Origin: Macrostomum lignano
Lineage: Eukaryota
Direction of reading: 5' to 3'
DNA: 64,000 bases
NCBI GenBank assembly: GCA_002269645.1
Contig: NIVC01000900.1
Span: 124,001 to 188,000, forward strand
The notes under the pieces: model-generated
The model's database searches: none
What the model saw: only the letters and a program-made list of their open reading frames with translations
What the model was told of the DNA's origin: nothing
Translations under genes and position numbers: made by a program
Shown here: positions 1 through 18,559 of the stretch, in pieces
Position numbering within the stretch: position 1 is the stretch's first letter
How the letters are laid out: each line of letters starts with the position of its first letter

Positions 1-760
1 CTGAAAATAGGCCTTCAAATTTAAACACTTTAAATCGGCCTTCAAATCTGTAAACACTAAAAATCGGCTTTCAAATCTGTAAAAGACTGGAAATCGGCCT
101 TTAAATCTGTAAACACAAAAAATCGGCCTTCAAATCAAAGAAACTGAAAATCGGCCTTTAAATCTGTAGAGACTGGAAATCGGCCTTTAAATCTGTGAAC
201 ACTTAAAATCGGCCTTTAAATCTGTGAACACTGAAAATCGGCTTTCAAATCTGTAAACACTTAAAATCGGCTTTCAAATCCATAAACACAAAAAATCGGC
301 CTTCAAACCCGTAGACACTAAAAATCGGCCTTCAAATCTGTAGACACTGAAAATCGGCCTTCAAACCCGTAGACACTAAAAATCGGCCTTCAAATCTGTA
401 GACACTGAAAATCGGCCTTCAAATCTGTAGACACTAAAAATCAGCCTTCAAATCCGTAGATACTAAAAATCGGCCTTCAAATCCGTAGACACTAAAAATC
501 GGCCTTCAAATCCGTAGACACTAAAAATCGGCCTTCAAATCCGTAGATACTAAAAATCGGCCTTCAAATCCGTAGACACTAAAAATCGGCCTTCAAATCC
601 GTAGATACAAAAAATCGGCCTTCAAATCCGTAGACACTAAAAATCGGCCTTCAAATCCGTAGATACAAAAAATCGGCCTTCAAATCCGTAGACACTAAAA
701 ATCGGCCTTCAAATCTGTAGACACTAAAAATCGGCCTTTGAATCTAATAAACTTTAAACT
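1..760. repeat. 30-bp minisatellite (AAAAATCGGCCTTCAAATCCGTAGACACTA), about 25 copies, truncated by the window edge
   Basis: Unit read directly from the sequence; copies are most homogeneous at 300-720. Confidence 0.95.
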
Positions 761-1629
761 CAGCCTTCAAATTGTTTCACGCGTACCAATCAGCACAGGC
801 AGTAAAAATTTCAACAGCAAGTCAAATCAGAGGTTTCTGCTGTCATCCGCGATCCGCACCGTTGCTTCCAAAACCTTTAATATTTGACTGTAATTGTTAC
901 AAGGTTCAAAGTAGTTGTTTTTAGCAAATACCAATCTGCTGTGAGTTGATTAACTTTTGATTCTCGGTATTTAATTGTTGTTTTACTATTAGTAAATTAT
1001 ATGTAATTGATTGTGAATATTGCAATTAATATTTTCAATTCTTGTCTCAACATTGGGACCATATAAATTCAATTTTGCAAAGATATAATGCACCACATCT
1101 ATTCCATTCAAAAAATGCCTAACTTCAGATGCATCCTACTTCTAGTACTAAAAAAGTATAACTGGAATTTTGAATGATAAACGGCTGAAAATTTGCTTTT
1201 TTATTGCTTAGGGTGATGGAGCGCGTGTTGCTTTTGCTTTCAAGCTACTTGTAAGTAGTGTCTATGGTGTATTGGTGTGTGCGCGTTTTCAGCCTGTGAT
1301 TTTTTCACACCCGTTTCTCGCTGGGTTTTTATGAGTGAGTATCCCAAATATATGAATTCTGATTTGTATTGCGAAATATTAACTAATATTTATCTATACA
1401 TTTTAATATTATATATTTATATTACTATTGAATTACCTATATTATCTACTATGAGTATCTGCTTTTTGTATAAATAAATAAAATTATGAACAGAATGAAC
1501 TTTTTTGTATGTCCTGAAAGTCAATTTGGGTCCACGAAATATATGGTTTGCATAACTGATCTGCGAATTTTTTTAATTTTTATTACTGTTTAAGGGTATG
1601 CGGCACAGCAACTCCATCAACTCACTAGC

Positions 1630-2130
1630 CGCATCTCACTCTCTGAATCTTAACGTCTCCATCTCACCCTCTCAACCTCACCCTCTCAATCTTACCCCTC
1701 CCATCTCACCCTCTCAATCTTACCCCCTCCATCTCACCCTCCGTCTCACTCAATCACCACCTCCATCTCACCCTCCCATCTCACCCTCTCAATCTCCCCC
1801 TCCCAACTCACCCTCTTAATCTTACCCTTCCATCTCAACCTCCCAACTCACCCTCTCAATGTTACCCCCTTCATCTCAACCTCCCCATCTCAACTTCCCA
1901 TCTCTGCACCCTCCCAGTCGTACCCCCTCCATCTCAGCCTCTTCTCTCACCATCTCAAACTCACTGTCCCCTATCTCACCCTCTCAATCTCACTGTCCCC
2001 TATCTCACCCTCCCATCTCACCCTCTCAATCTCACACTCCCATCTCACCCACTGAGCCTCTCTACCAAATTTTCATCCCACCACATCGATCTCATCCTTT
2101 CCATCTCAGCCCATCTCACTCTCTCTTTAT
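1630..2130. repeat. C/T-rich degenerate repeat (CCATCTCACCCTCTCAAT-like)
   Basis: Repeated CTCACCCTC/CCATCTC motifs; source of the spurious Pro/Ser ORFs 1598-2149. Confidence 0.85.
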
Positions 2131-2242
2131 CTCCGTTGATGGATGCTGAGAGCCTTGTGTACGTGCACTATTAAAAGTCACCATATTTTAAGCTGCCTTG
2201 CGCTGTTCAGAGTTGGCACATCAAGTCAGAAAGGCAATCAAT

Positions 2243-7789
<5,547 letters not shown>

Positions 7790-8119
7790 TCTAGAAGTCG
7801 CAATTCTGTTCAACTCAGCTCAACTCACCAGTTTTATTCTTTCTGCCTTTCTTAATAAACTCCTGGAGTGGATCGATATGAAAGACTATTTTTTAGACTA
7901 CAGTTTGCTTGGCGGGTTGCTGCAGCTCCACTGCCATGCTGCCGATATGGGGAGAGATCTGATCGATTGGTCTGTTAAGTGCTGGTAAATGGTGGGAGGA
8001 GTGCGTCCGAATGCAGGACAGAAGCCGCTGCGAGCGGTGCTTGGTGGGATTCAGCTACCCCTGTGCTTGTGTAATGCGTATGCTGTGCGTGTTTTAATTG
8101 CTCTGGCAGCTGGACATAC

Positions 8120-8342
<223 letters not shown>

Positions 8343-10555
8343 AAAGCATATATTTTTTGGACCTGAAATCACCAGTCAATTTGGTGCTTTTCGCTATCAA
8401 TTTGTTTTAATTAACGAACATCAAACTCCAAACCAGCCAGTCACGATGCATTCACCATCCTCTCTCTGTATGCGCATGGTCCTCTCTGTGGCCCGAATTG
8501 CTCGAAGTGGAAAACCAAATTGATTTCTGTCTATGGTAATAATGGACATTCTGATAGTCGATCCTAGCCATGATACAATTTTTGCTTGTAATAAAGTGGG
8601 CGGGCCACCGCAGGAGGGAACGTGAGTTTTTTTGGGTTCCAGATGCTCATTTCGAGTGTATAGGGTCCTACGCACGTACTTCCCGAGGTTGCGTTACTTT
8701 CAGCCTTCCAATGCTAAGACCACTCAATTGCACTCACGGCCTTGCACAGCCTCCCCAAGCTGTGAACAGAAGTGGTGAGTTTTACATTTGGAGCAAGGGA
8801 AATAATCTACGAGAAAGAGGCAAGTACATGATGCATTAACTATATGCTACTAATAGCGACGAAATGCACAGAAAAGCAACAGACTTATACAGAATGAGAA
8901 AGACAGGGTAGTACCACACTTACTACACGATGAATTAAGCTTCAGGCCCGATTGTTTATCGAAATGGCGAGAAGCCAGAGTTGGGAGTGCGGAGGCGGAT
9001 CCCTTTAATTAGCTCTGGGTAATTAATAATTCAACTAAGGCAGCTTGAGCTGCCTTCCCTTATGCCGAAGCTAATTGTGCCAGTTGTTGACAAGCGTTGC
9101 TGGGAAATGCTCTGGCATAAGAGAATGCGCTTAGTCGCAGCTTGCGGGAAAAGGATAGGAAGACGGGGCTCAAATTAATGATGAGGAGGCTTGTATGATG
9201 GCGCTGGGAAGCAGTTAACAATGGAGAACTTGGATGGGGCAGCTGAAGGCTTTGAAGGCAGAGGTGAGGCCCGCCTCAGGTTCTTAAGCAAAGAAATGGT
9301 CATTTCTGCAGTTTTCTAACTTGAGTTGCGGGGAAATTTTTGTACTTTTAAAAATATCACTGTAATTTTGTGCTGTTTTATATTGTTATATTTTACACTA
9401 GTACACAGAAGAAGCGATGCCGTGATGCAGTCCAGTTCGAATGTAGATCATACTTGATCGAGCATAGTTCAGTACGCCTTTTGTTCCCAGTCTTTGAAAA
9501 AATGAAGAGGAAACCAGAAAGTCAGTTGATAGCTTGTTATTTTTAAATAGGCGTCGAACAGTCAGACGCGCCAGTCGCTCGATCGTAGCGTCAAACAGTG
9601 CCGCGTTCATTGCCGCGCGTCCTCGACGACCGGCTCAATTAGAATGCCCTTTTAACCAAAGACTATTTGTTGTTACTATTTCTTGCTTTCTAGGCCGGGT
9701 ATTAATGGTGTCTATGGCGTTAAAGGCCGCTGTTATTGGCCTGTCAGGAAAAAGTCATGGTAGATTTCATTTTTTGCTGGGCATCAATTATGTACATTTC
9801 GAATTTCGGACAGGCGCTCTCATAAAAGTCTACATAAATTTCTGCTATACGAGAATTGGTGCCAAAACTTGGCTCAACCGAATTGGTCTATGCATGGCGA
9901 CAATCCGATAAGTGCTATGCAAAAAAAACGAAATTTTGAAAATTCAATTCCAAAAATCGTTAAAGCTCTTCAATAATATGTTTCTGAAACTTTTTCTTGA
10001 TAAACTTGTGATCGCAGCGTAAACGAATCGCGTGCTTACCTCATTTGGAATTTAGAGGTCCAGCAGATGAGCTATTGAGAATTTAGTACTAAAAAAACTA
10101 AATAACTTCTTATCTCGTCAGTGCGTTCTATAGAAAAACTGGCACAATTTCTTTTTTCTCCTTCTGCTTCAGCTGTCCAAGGCGCAAGATGCATTCAGCA
10201 GCTTTCAACAGTCCGCTATTGGTCGCCTACGTTGGGCAAACCCAGGAGCGCATCGGGCAACGCATTTAAGTTGGTAATGAGCCGTTTTCAACTGGACAAA
10301 TTAAAGTGGTGACAACTATTTCACAAATAAAAAATACATGCCTAAACTGGTGAGTCTGCGATACCCGTATCTGAGTTCCTTAACCAGCTCAAGTCCTCTA
10401 AATTCTAAATATCGACACCGTCTCACCTGTCCTCGGTCACATCACGTGTTTATTAAATCGAGTTCGGCTTCGATCCTCTTCAGCACTGCCTTTCAATTCC
10501 GATCTTCCCACCTCACCGAATTCGTTAATCTGAATTTACCGACAGGAATACCGAC

Positions 10556-11581
10556 ATGACTTGCCGGAGAAGATGCACCTTTGATGTCGTGCTTGCTGTC
10601 TGCTTGACAGCTGCAGTGGCTGCGGAAGTCGTCAGTTCGGGTGTGCAGTTCTCCGCTGCCAGGACGAGCAGCGCTGTCGCTCCATCGGAGTTTCTCGCGC
10701 CGCCCGAAGACAGCGAGATCAACTGCGGCATCGTGTGCAGCCGCAGGTCGGTCTGTTTCGGCTTCTACTGGCTGCTCGGCGCGTGTCGGCTGTTCGACTT
10801 GCAGGCGTTTATCAACGCTAACGCCTGGGTCAGCATCGGCACCACGTGTGACGTTTTCACGCGAGGTGGGTTACCCGATCGCAGTTGGCCTAGGCAGAAG
10901 AAAGGCCACTGCCAGTAAGGATTGCACAACCCCAAAAGCTCATTGAAAGAGGAAACCAAGCTAAACGAATGTCAGGAGCTCAAATTTTGGCACCTCTTGG
11001 ACATGGCTGACACCTGTCTAGAAAATCAGGGGTTAGGGACGCCCACTTAGAGACAGCTAGGTGAAGCCCATCAAGAAACCCCTTTGAGTTTCGGCCCCTT
11101 CATTTAGAATTCCTACGTACGTACATCTACCTACGTATAACACAGATATCACAGGAAACTGGTTGACCGTTCCTAATTTACAGACTTTAAGAGACTGCCG
11201 ATTGCCAGCTGCAGCGGGAGTTCATCGGTACAGCCGTGCAGCCGCGCCATCGATGGCAACACAAATCAAGATTATCATCAAAACTCCTGCACCCACACAA
11301 ATGGCAACCTTAATGAGTGGTGGGAGGCCAGTCTCTCGGCTCCATCTCTCGTGTCATTCGTCACCATGTACAACAGGCAGGACTGCTGCCCTGAGAGACT
11401 AAACAAGTTCGACATCCTTGTGGACGGGTCTGTGTGCAACCAGGTGAGGCTTGGAGCTCCATTCTCTGTTTCCAACTTCACCTGCAACGCCTTCGGCTCG
11501 AAGATCCGCATCTTGAGTCGCAGCAATCCCGCTGAGATCCTCACCATCTGCGAGTTCATGGCCTACGGCATCCAAGGTTAG
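10556..11581 (+). CDS. Secreted PAN/Apple-like + F-type (fucolectin) lectin, copy 1, about 235 aa; exons 10556-10865, 11184-11581
   Basis: Signal peptide; PAN-like C-x3-C-x5-C-x-x-F...C-x-L (INCGIVCSRRSVCFGFYWLLGACRLF); phase-1 intron; F-type lectin signature AIDGNTN...SCTHT...WWE...NRQDCCPERL...LTICEF with an exact H-x26-R-x-D-x4-R motif; candidate 5' UTR donor GTGAGT near 10350 is conserved in both copies. Confidence 0.9.
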
Positions 11582-12800
11582 CGGGAGATTTGAGCATTGT
11601 GGTGTCGCATTTGCCAGAAACAGAAAAATATTGATGAAAATAAATTAAAAAGTGAATGAAGGAGAAAATATATGCTTTATTTATATATATTAGATAAAAA
11701 ACTGAAACCCTCTGCTATAAATTTAACTCAGTTTTTGGGTGAATAAAATGACTTTTCGGCTTTTCTCACCCTCGCTTCTGTTCGCGAACGTCTTCATGGT
11801 TTCCATTCGGCCCTTGCTGTTTATATACACTTTCTGAGCAAATTGATATAGTTTTCTCTCTTGATTACTTAAGTCATAATTTCAGCCCAGAAACTTTTTC
11901 TTTGTTTTGCTTTAATCATGTCAAACTTGGAAGTCCAACATTTTACCTATGATTTCACTTACAAACATAAATCAAAAGACCAACAATATATATTCTTGGT
12001 CAAAGTTAAAAATTGCAAGAAAGTAGTTTTTGCATTTGTTTGTCTTTTAGCCATATTCTATGTTTAAATGTTTTAGCTCGTAGTTTTTGAAGTCAAATTT
12101 TAGCTTTTTAACATGACCATTTTGCACCGGAGGGGCTCCAACTAGCTAGTCTATATACTATTTTTGCTCTCAGAAAGACAATTAATATTTGCATTACCCT
12201 GACATCCCCACATTCTCGTTTGAGCAAAACTGGAACTTAAAGTGTTTCAGTTTAATTGTCTCACTATAAGCGAGCATTATACACAACGTATACATATGCA
12301 AGTAGCTATAAGAATTTTAAACCTAAAACCCATACCATACTACTTAGGATGAGAAGTAGGATGAGAGAGGGGGAGAGTGAGAGGCAGAGAGATAATTTAT
12401 GTATTATTCCGTCTTCTTTATAAACCTTTAATATGATAAAATTTGCGTTTTGTTATCATACTACTTACTAAAGCGAAAAAAGTGTTACATTAGATATCGA
12501 ATCTGTTCTTCAATTGACAGATTCACGACAAAAACTGGATGGTTGAATAGAATTCACGATCTATTGAGTCGTGGCGGTAACACGTCATCAATAACTGGAT
12601 TCCTTAGGTCCGTCGAACGTTTTAATTTGGACACGGATTAGTCATATTAGGAATAAGTAAGTGATAATATCAAAAAGTAACAAAAATATTCAATATAAGA
12701 CTAACGTCGTAAATGAAGATTCGCTGGAGCTTTAGCTACTTTTCGTTTTATCGTGTGATTCTGAGAAATAGCATTGTATTCAAAGCGCGTCTAAAATTTA

Positions 12801-13142
12801 CCCGATGAAAACGTTACCTAGGTGAGGTGAAGAAGCGTCCCAGAGTCCCGTGCATCGCCCCAAAGTTGTTTCAGAGGATCGTTGCCGTTAACACAGGTAA
12901 AATGAGATGAGATGTCACGGTCGCCAAAAAGTAATCAAAGAGACGCCCAAGAGTCGTTTGAAGCGCATTTGCGTCACTTGATGAATTGTCACAAGCCGTC
13001 ACTTGTCACAAACCGTCGCATTAGATCGACGCGTTTGAGTCGTTAAAAAGTCACAAGAGTCGCCCCAAAGTCACTAGAGCCACTAAATAGTTAATTGCAA
13101 TGACTTTTTAGCGATTCTTGGTGCGGTACCGTTTTCAATGGG
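12801..13142. mobile_element. piggyBac-like non-autonomous element (MITE), 342 bp
   Basis: Termini CCC...GGG; 18-bp imperfect inverted repeats (CCCGATGAAAACGTTACC vs reverse complement CCCATTGAAAACGGTACC, 15/18); flanked by TTTA on the left and TTAA on the right. Confidence 0.55.
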
Positions 13143-15439
13143 TTAATTATTGTACTTGGACCACTTTATTAATTAGGCTTGTCAAACTGACCTACTATTG
13201 CTAATATTTAGTTGCAACCGCAAATATAGCAATTTTTATAATGGATCTTATTATGCACTTACTTGGGATACGTTAAATTCAATAGATCTACATTATTTTT
13301 TCTTATCGTCCAATTGACCATTTCAAGTCTTAAAGTCCCTTGAATCACCTTAGGCTTAAGCCGTCTGCATACGAACAAAAAAATCCAAAAAACCTACGCT
13401 TAAAATGACCTAATTTATAGAGATACAGTAAAACAAACGCTAAAAATAAACCAACAATAACCGACCGCAGTTGCTAATATGATTAGACACTAATAATATT
13501 ACAAAAAGGAATATGAAATCAGCAGTTCCATAGCCAAGAAAAATAATAAAGAATTCGAGAACGTCACAAACCCGCCCCTCCTCTGGAGAGGGGACGAGCT
13601 TGAATGAGGGATACGAGGGTTGTATAAAAAGTTCTGTGTTTTACACTGAATCACTTGAAAATAATAAACAGCAAAGACGCAAAACTTCACGCACTTATTC
13701 TTAGGCAGATTTTCACTCGAACTATGCACCTCTGCCATTGCCACACGAGCTCCTCTCAATGCTAGCACTCTTTGCCATTGTTCGTCATAGCTGTGATTCC
13801 CAACTTGTATGCCTAAGTTCAGCTCATCCTCCGCGCAGAGACACTGGCCCTGGATGGACACAGAGTGTCTGTCAGCACCCTCTGCTTCCAATGAGAAGCT
13901 GCATTGTCTTAAAACATGGGAAAAACATGTCTTAAAACGATGGGAGTCCCTAGCGTATGCCGCATCATATCGAGGATCTCAGATGGCGAGCAACCCCTAA
14001 AGGTTGCAGAACATGAAACCTGATTAACCGTTCGCTGATCGTTCGTTTACAAAGCTGCCTTGCGCAACGAATTCAACCATGGGTGTTGCATGGCAGTATA
14101 CACTACGCAGGCTAAAAATGATTTTAAAGCGTAAAACTGAAGCTTTAAAACCAAGCAATGCCTCAATATACAGAAAATTTTGAACAACCCGATACTTACA
14201 TGTACTTAGATCACTAGATGATATTAGAAGTACGAAGAGGCTTAAAAACGCACGAAAAATATTAAATAAGAGTGTAAAAGCAGGAAAACATTCATTCAAA
14301 ATTAGAACTGTGAACTATCGAAGATATTTGGCCGAAATTCCGAAACTCTATAAACTGACAACCAGGTGTAACACCTGCATGTCCCTCAGCGAGCTGGAAG
14401 CAGACGAACCAACTGACACACACACGCACACACGCACACGCACAGACACAGAATACCCCAACTGCAGACGCAGATACTTCGGAAAAGATGAAACAGGTAA
14501 GAGAAGCACACCTTAGACACTCGAAGCTCACAAAAAGAGCGAAAATAGAGAAAGGTGAGCTCACACGAGCACCAGATCAGTAACAACTAAGCACAAAACT
14601 GCACGAACCATCCACAAGTGAAGGAACTCCGATCTCAAAGCAATGGGCGACGTACAACTTCCAGGGCAAGAACTGCAGAGCTAAGTCAGGCTACCCAGTG
14701 AAGGCTACAAAAAACAAACTAATCTACAGCATTTCACTACACGATTGCTACTACGCTCGTAATTGAGCACTGCACTGCGGGACTGCATCGCACTGCCAGG
14801 GCACTCAACAATGCGCGCAAGGGAAAACACAAAGTTGTGTTTTAAAATGACCAAATTTGGATAAACACGAAAACCAACGCATGATTGAACTACGAATAGC
14901 CGACTGCGTTTGCTAATATAATTAGATAATAAAAACAATACAGAAAGGCAATGCCAATTATCCCAAAACAAGAAAATTATAGCAGATAGCAGAGTGAGAG
15001 ATATTAGGAATTTAGTGCTCAGAAACTGCAAACTCCCAATCTCGCATTCTGCAGCAAACACCAGCCTCCAGCCAAATTGGCACAATTTGTGAGTGCAGCG
15101 GCCTTCAGCTGCTTCAGCTGCCCACGGCGCCTGCTGCATTCAGCAGCTTTCAACACTCCGCTATTGGTCGCCTACGTTGGGCAAATCCAGGAGCTCATTG
15201 GGCAGAGCATGAAAGTTGGTAACGAGCCGTTTTCAACTGAACAAATTAAAGTTTTGGCAGCCTCTCCTACTGGGCCAGTGAGGATAATTATTTCACAAAT
15301 AAAAAATCCACGCCTAAGCTGGTGAGTCTGCGACACCCGTATTTGAGTTCCCTGACCAGCTAAAGTCCACTCTAAATCCTAAACATCACCTCTCACCTGT
15401 CCTCGGTCAAATCACGTATTTATTCAGTCGAGTACCGAC

Positions 15440-16526
15440 ATGACTTGCCGGAGAAGCTGCACCTTTGATGTCGTGCTTGCTGTCTGCTTGACAGCTGCAA
15501 TGGCTGCAGAAGTCATCAGTTCGGGTGTGCAGTTCTCCGCCGCCAGGACGGGCAGCGCTGTCGCTCCATCGGAGCTTCTCGCGCCGCCAGAAGACAGCGA
15601 GATCAACTGCGGAATCGTGTGCAGCCGCAGATCGAACTGTTTCGGCTTCTACTGGCTGCTCGGCGCGTGTCGGCTGTTCGACTTGCAGGCGTTTTTCAAT
15701 GCCAGCGCCTGGGTCAGCATCGGCACGTGCGACGTCTTCGTGCGAGGTGAGTCACCTGATCGCAGTTTCATATAGCGCAGTCCACAGAAGGGAGGAAGGG
15801 AGGCCTTGGCCTGAAAGAATCGCGCTCCTCCAGAAACTTATTAAAAAAGGAAAACAAGTCGTATATATAAGGAGATAAGACCCGCCAAGAGACAGGGACG
15901 CTCACCAAGAGACAGGGGTGCCCACTAAGAGACAGGGACGCTCACAAAGAGACAGGGGTGCCCATTAAGAAACAGTGTCCAATAAAACACCAAATGCTGG
16001 CACCACTTTGGGTGGCGCCCCTCCAATTAAAATTCCTGTGTACGTCAGTGCGCATCTGCGTACTGTCATCACGTGAGCGCAATGACAACTTAAGTAACTG
16101 CTTGCATGTACCTAACTTACAGATTTTACACCTAATAGACTGCCGATTGCCAGCTGCAGCGAGAGCTCTTCGATAGTGCATTGCAGCCGCGCCATCGACG
16201 GAAACACGAATCGACGTTATGATCAAAGCTCCTGCACTCACACCCAAAACGGCCTCAGTGAGTGGTGGGAAGGCAGTCTCTCGGCTCCATCTCTCGTGTC
16301 ATTCGTCACCATGTACAACAGGCAGGACTGCTGCGCTGAGGCACTAAACAAGTTCGACATCCTTGTGGACGGGTCTGTGTGCAACCAGGTGAGGCTTGGC
16401 GCTCCATTCTCTGTTGCCAACTTCAACTGCAACGCCTTCGGCTCGAAGATCCGCATCTTGAGTCGCAGCAATCCGGGAAAGCCCGTCACCATCTGCGAGT
16501 TCATGGCCTACGGCATCCAAGGTTAG
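15440..16526 (+). CDS. Secreted PAN/Apple-like + F-type lectin, copy 2, about 236 aa; exons 15440-15746, 16123-16526
   Basis: Paralogue of 10556-11581 with the same intron position and phase; motif reads H-x26-R-Q-D-C-C-A-E-A (last Arg replaced by Ala). The duplicated block spans roughly 15090-17330 versus 10190-12200. Confidence 0.9.
15890..15980. repeat. About 4 copies of a ~21-bp repeat (AAGAGACAGGGACGCTCACC-like) in the lectin copy 2 intron
   Basis: Direct inspection. Confidence 0.8.
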
Positions 16527-17419
16527 CGAGGGATTTGAGCACTGTGGTGTCGTTTTTGTTGGGCTCGAGAACTTACATGTTGTATATTACTGATAACTTA
16601 CCTGAAGAAAGCAGGTAACTGAAAAGGGACACCTGTCTTTTTACCTTTCAGAGTTTTAGAAAAAGACACGCCGTACCTGCAGCTTCAAATCTGCTCAGCT
16701 AGCCAGCAAAACCAATTTTGAATCTTCAGAGTTGTGCTTAACCATTTCGACAAAAATGTGATTGACTGCGGAAACGAAAATTGAGCTGAAAAAAAATCGA
16801 AATTATTAAAGATACTGAAAGAAGAAACATTGCTATATATTGCTTTTAGAAATTTTACCCCATTGCATAAAATTGGCAAGTTGCAATAAAAATGAAATAC
16901 TTGTGTGTTTCACCCGCCAGCTACATGTAGATTGAGAAGTTTGAAGCGGCCAACCTTCCCATGGTTTCCCTTCGGCCCTTGCTATTTACGAGTATATTCA
17001 CTTTCTGACCAATAAACAAATTTTTGTGGTATTTTCTCTTGCCTATACTAAATTTTTTCTGCAAACCAAAAAAGTCTTTATTTTTTATCATGCAAAAATT
17101 GAAAGTCTAACATTTTATCTTATTTTTCGTACTACAAATATAAACTAAAAGACCAACCGCTAATGTATATTTTCATTCAAAGTAACATAATTGCGAGGAA
17201 GTAATTTTTCTTTTAATTTGTCCGCCTCTCAGCCACAAAAATTGTTTAAGTATTGTTGTTCAAATTCAAATATTGTCTTGTCAGCATGCGCAATTCGCGC
17301 AGACAGGAAGACAATTAATATTAATATTTACAGTAACAGGATGCATAAACAAGTATATATGCTCGTGAGGAGAGATTTTTTTCAAACATGAGCAAAGCCA
17401 ATCATTGCTTATCATCGCT

Positions 17420-18030
17420 CTTCTCTCTCACTGTCTCTACCCTTCTCTCCCCTCTTTCCTCTACTTTTCCCTCTCTCCCCTTCTCCCCTTCTCTCCCCTT
17501 CTCTCCTCGCTCTTCTCTCCCTTCTCTTCTCTTCTCTTCTCTAGTCCCTCTTCTCTCTCTTCTCTTCTCTTCTCTCTCCTCTCTTCTCTTCTCTTCTCTC
17601 CCTCTCTTCTCTCCTCTCTCTTCTCTTCTCTCCCCTCTCTTCTCTTCTCTCCCCTCTCTTCTCTTCTCTCCCCTCTTCTCTTCTCTCCCCTCTCTTCTCT
17701 TCTCTCCCCTCTCTTCTCTCTCTCCCCTCTCTTCTCTTCTCTCCCCTCTCTCCCTTCTCTCCTCGCTCTCTCTCCCCTCTCTTCTCTTCTCTCCCCTCTC
17801 TTCTCTTCTCTCCCCTCTCTTCTCTTCTCTCCCCTCTCTCTTCTCTCCTCGCTCTTCTCTCCCTCTCTTCTCTTCTCTCCCTCTCTTCTCTTCTCTCCCC
17901 TCTCTTCTCTTCTCTCCCCTCTCTCCTCTTATCTCCCCTTTCTCCGGTTCTCCCCCTCATCGCTCTTCTCTTCCCTCTTCCTCTACTCCCCTCTCTTCTC
18001 TCATCTAGCTCATCTTCTATTCTTTCTACT
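17420..18030. repeat. ~600-bp near-pure polypyrimidine tract (CTCTTCTCTTCTCTCCC-like units)
   Basis: Direct inspection; source of the spurious Leu/Ser and Arg/Glu ORFs. Confidence 0.95.
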
Positions 18031-18559
18031 TTCCACTCTCATATGGCCTGCAGGCAGCAGCCATGAGTTGGGTTCTCTCTCTCTCGCTCATCAGGTAAAA
18101 AATCTTGCTGACCCTAATCTATAGAAATGTTTTGACAGTTAGCAAGCAGTTAAGTTAATTGGTGCTTCAATTTGCTTGTGCCCCCCATCATAAAAGCAGA
18201 AAGTAGACAGTTTATGACCGCCCCATGGGAGGGCCCAGCCCACACATTTTTATTTCTCTCCTGCGGGTGTTGGCCGCGGTGGAATAACTGGCTCAGTAGC
18301 TGGAATAACAACTCTTGAGTGGGGCGCTCGGACCCGGACCCTAGTAGGCTGGCGGCGAGGAAAATAGGGAGTCCGTGTGGGACCGGGGCAAGCACAGATA
18401 GATAGAGGCGTTTTTCTTCCCCGAGAGCCCACTTATTTCAGTGCGCTCAGTATAAAAAAGTGTATAAATTGATACGTGTTTATTTGATAATAAAAGGCTG
18501 CAATTACAAATTATACAACAAATAAATGAAACTGAAAAAGTAAAAATCGTTAATAAATA

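Noticed and set aside
1212-1250. Possible 39-bp plus-strand exon (AG...GTAAGT)
   Set aside because: Splice signals are present but there is no recognisable protein or partner exon in the window
11441-11450. Strong donor-like CAG|GTGAGG inside lectin exon 2 (both copies)
   Set aside because: The reading frame continues through conserved F-type lectin strands to the stop, so splicing here would truncate the fold
13499-15139. Short ORFs and donor-like sites between the lectin copies
   Set aside because: No recognisable homology and no consistent exon chain could be built
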